The position numbers and the translations under genes were made by a program. Below, one piece after another: positions 22,239 through 23,269 of a stretch of 23,269 bases of DNA. Position 1 is the first letter of the stretch. Each line of letters starts with the position of its first letter. The notes under the pieces were generated by a model, which made no database searches, had not been told where the DNA came from, and was given only the letters and a program-made list of their open reading frames with translations. The stretch lies in the IMG/VR virus record IMGVR_UViG_3300005618_000016; one strand, written 5' to 3'. The DNA comes from an uncultured virus (IMG/VR IMGVR_UViG_3300005618_000016) (Duplodnaviria > Heunggongvirae > Uroviricota > Caudoviricetes).

Positions 22239-23269
22239 TGGTTGCGGCCCTTCTTGTTGAACTCACCATGCACCATGACGAGCCGCTCCTGAGCACGGGT
22301 CGCGGCGACGTAGTAGAGGTTGTCCTCCTCGATCTCCGGCCGGCGACGGTAGGTGCCAGCGAGCATCCACACCGTGTGACGCTCCATGCCCTTCGCTTTG
22401 TGCGTACTCGACAGCAGGATCCTGTTCGAGTCGTCCTTGTCGGCAAACAGCGACTCGATCCTGCCGATGACCTCGAACACCGTGTTTGCGCCCTCGCTGA
22501 TCGCCAGGATGCACTCCGCACGGTCTTCGACTGCCTGCGTGTCACGTCGCTTCTCCGCGAGGCGCTTGCACTCGATGTCGCGCCACTCCTCGACGTAGCT
22601 GCGAAGCGTTGCAACGTCCTTGGCGGCACTCTTCTTGACGAACGCCGCGAGCGAGGCACCGATGTCTCGCCCCTGGATAGTCGCCGCGCGCCCTTCCTTG
22701 AGGAAGGATAGACAGAGCGAGACGAGCGGCGCGTTCGTGCGGCTCAGGATGAACTCACCCGGCTTGACCTGCGCCTTCATCTCCAAGATCGTCGCTTCTT
22801 CCACCGAACCCTCGATCGCGTTCGGGGCCCACTCGATTTCGGGAACGATCTCCTTCGCCGTTTCGACGACCTTGCGGCAACACCGGTAGCACACGCTCAG
22901 CGGCAGGATCTTCGCGTCGAGTCGTTTCACCACGTTCTCGACCGCAGCGGAGTCCGCGCCACGGAAGCGGTAGATCGCCTGGCGCGGGTCACCGACCGCG
23001 CAGATCCGGCCGTTCGACTTGACCGCTCGCATGGTGAGCTCGATCTGGCACGGGTTGAGATCCTGGGTCTCGTCTACGAATACACGGTCGAACTTCCGCT
23101 GACGAAGATCGAGCACCACCGGAAGCCAGATCATGTCGTCGAAGTCGATCATGCCGTCGCTCGTGTCGCCGCAGCGAGTCATGACCTCGTACGCATCCTT
23201 CACAAACGCTTCTCGGAACTTCGCCTGGAGGTGCTCCTCCAGGATGACCCCCTGGAACGGAGAGCGCCC
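22235..23269 (-). CDS. UvrD/Rep-family SF1A DNA helicase (5'-truncated by window end)
   Basis: DFDDMI, VDETQD, AVGDPRQAIYRFRGAD, YRC, LSRTN, STHKAKGME, YVAATRA. Frame is open to the window edge. Confidence 0.93.
   Translation of the reverse strand, partial: GRSPFQGVILEEHLQAKFREAFVKDAYEVMTRCGDTSDGMIDFDDMIWLPVVLDLRQRKFDRVFVDETQDLNPCQIELTMRAVKSNGRICAVGDPRQAIYRFRGADSAAVENVVKRLDAKILPLSVCYRCCRKVVETAKEIVPEIEWAPNAIEGSVEEATILEMKAQVKPGEFILSRTNAPLVSLCLSFLKEGRAATIQGRDIGASLAAFVKKSAAKDVATLRSYVEEWRDIECKRLAEKRRDTQAVEDRAECILAISEGANTVFEVIGRIESLFADKDDSNRILLSSTHKAKGMERHTVWMLAGTYRRRPEIEEDNLYYVAATRAQERLVMVHGEFNKKGRNQ

Larger units (their letters stand above)
1..23269. mobile_element. Bacteriophage/prophage-like genome fragment
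   Basis: Fibre-like genes, lysozyme, recombinase, thyX/dcd, ParB-like and many small coupled ORFs; no host core genes. Element ends are not visible. Confidence 0.85.

Overview
GC-rich, gene-dense fragment of a large bacteriophage/prophage-like element, with no host housekeeping genes and no capsid, terminase or portal gene in view. 1-9.7 kb holds + strand virion-type genes: a lectin-like protein, a Gly-rich repeat fibre, a second fibre-like protein, two SGNH hydrolases, a membrane-anchored phage-tail-type lysozyme and several small single-TM proteins. A small minus-strand ribbon-helix-helix operon interrupts them. 9.7-13.4 kb is a minus-strand coupled operon: Cre-like tyrosine recombinase, GIY-YIG protein, HAD-family protein and HerA-like ATPase with tandem winged helices. 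13.6-15.1 kb is an isolated structural-type gene. 15.4-16.1 kb contains a complete one-piece tmRNA (ssrA, 16063->15709, tag ANDNAIAHDRIAA) hidden under spurious ORFs, followed by a structured trailer and two near-identical 41-bp terminator-like hairpins. 16.1-23.3 kb is a long minus-strand early/nucleotide-metabolism operon (UvrD-like helicase, ParB-like, MazG-like, SLOG, dCTP deaminase, a divergent ThyX, hypotheticals) that reads directly into the tmRNA. All family calls come from motif recognition by eye; no database search was run.
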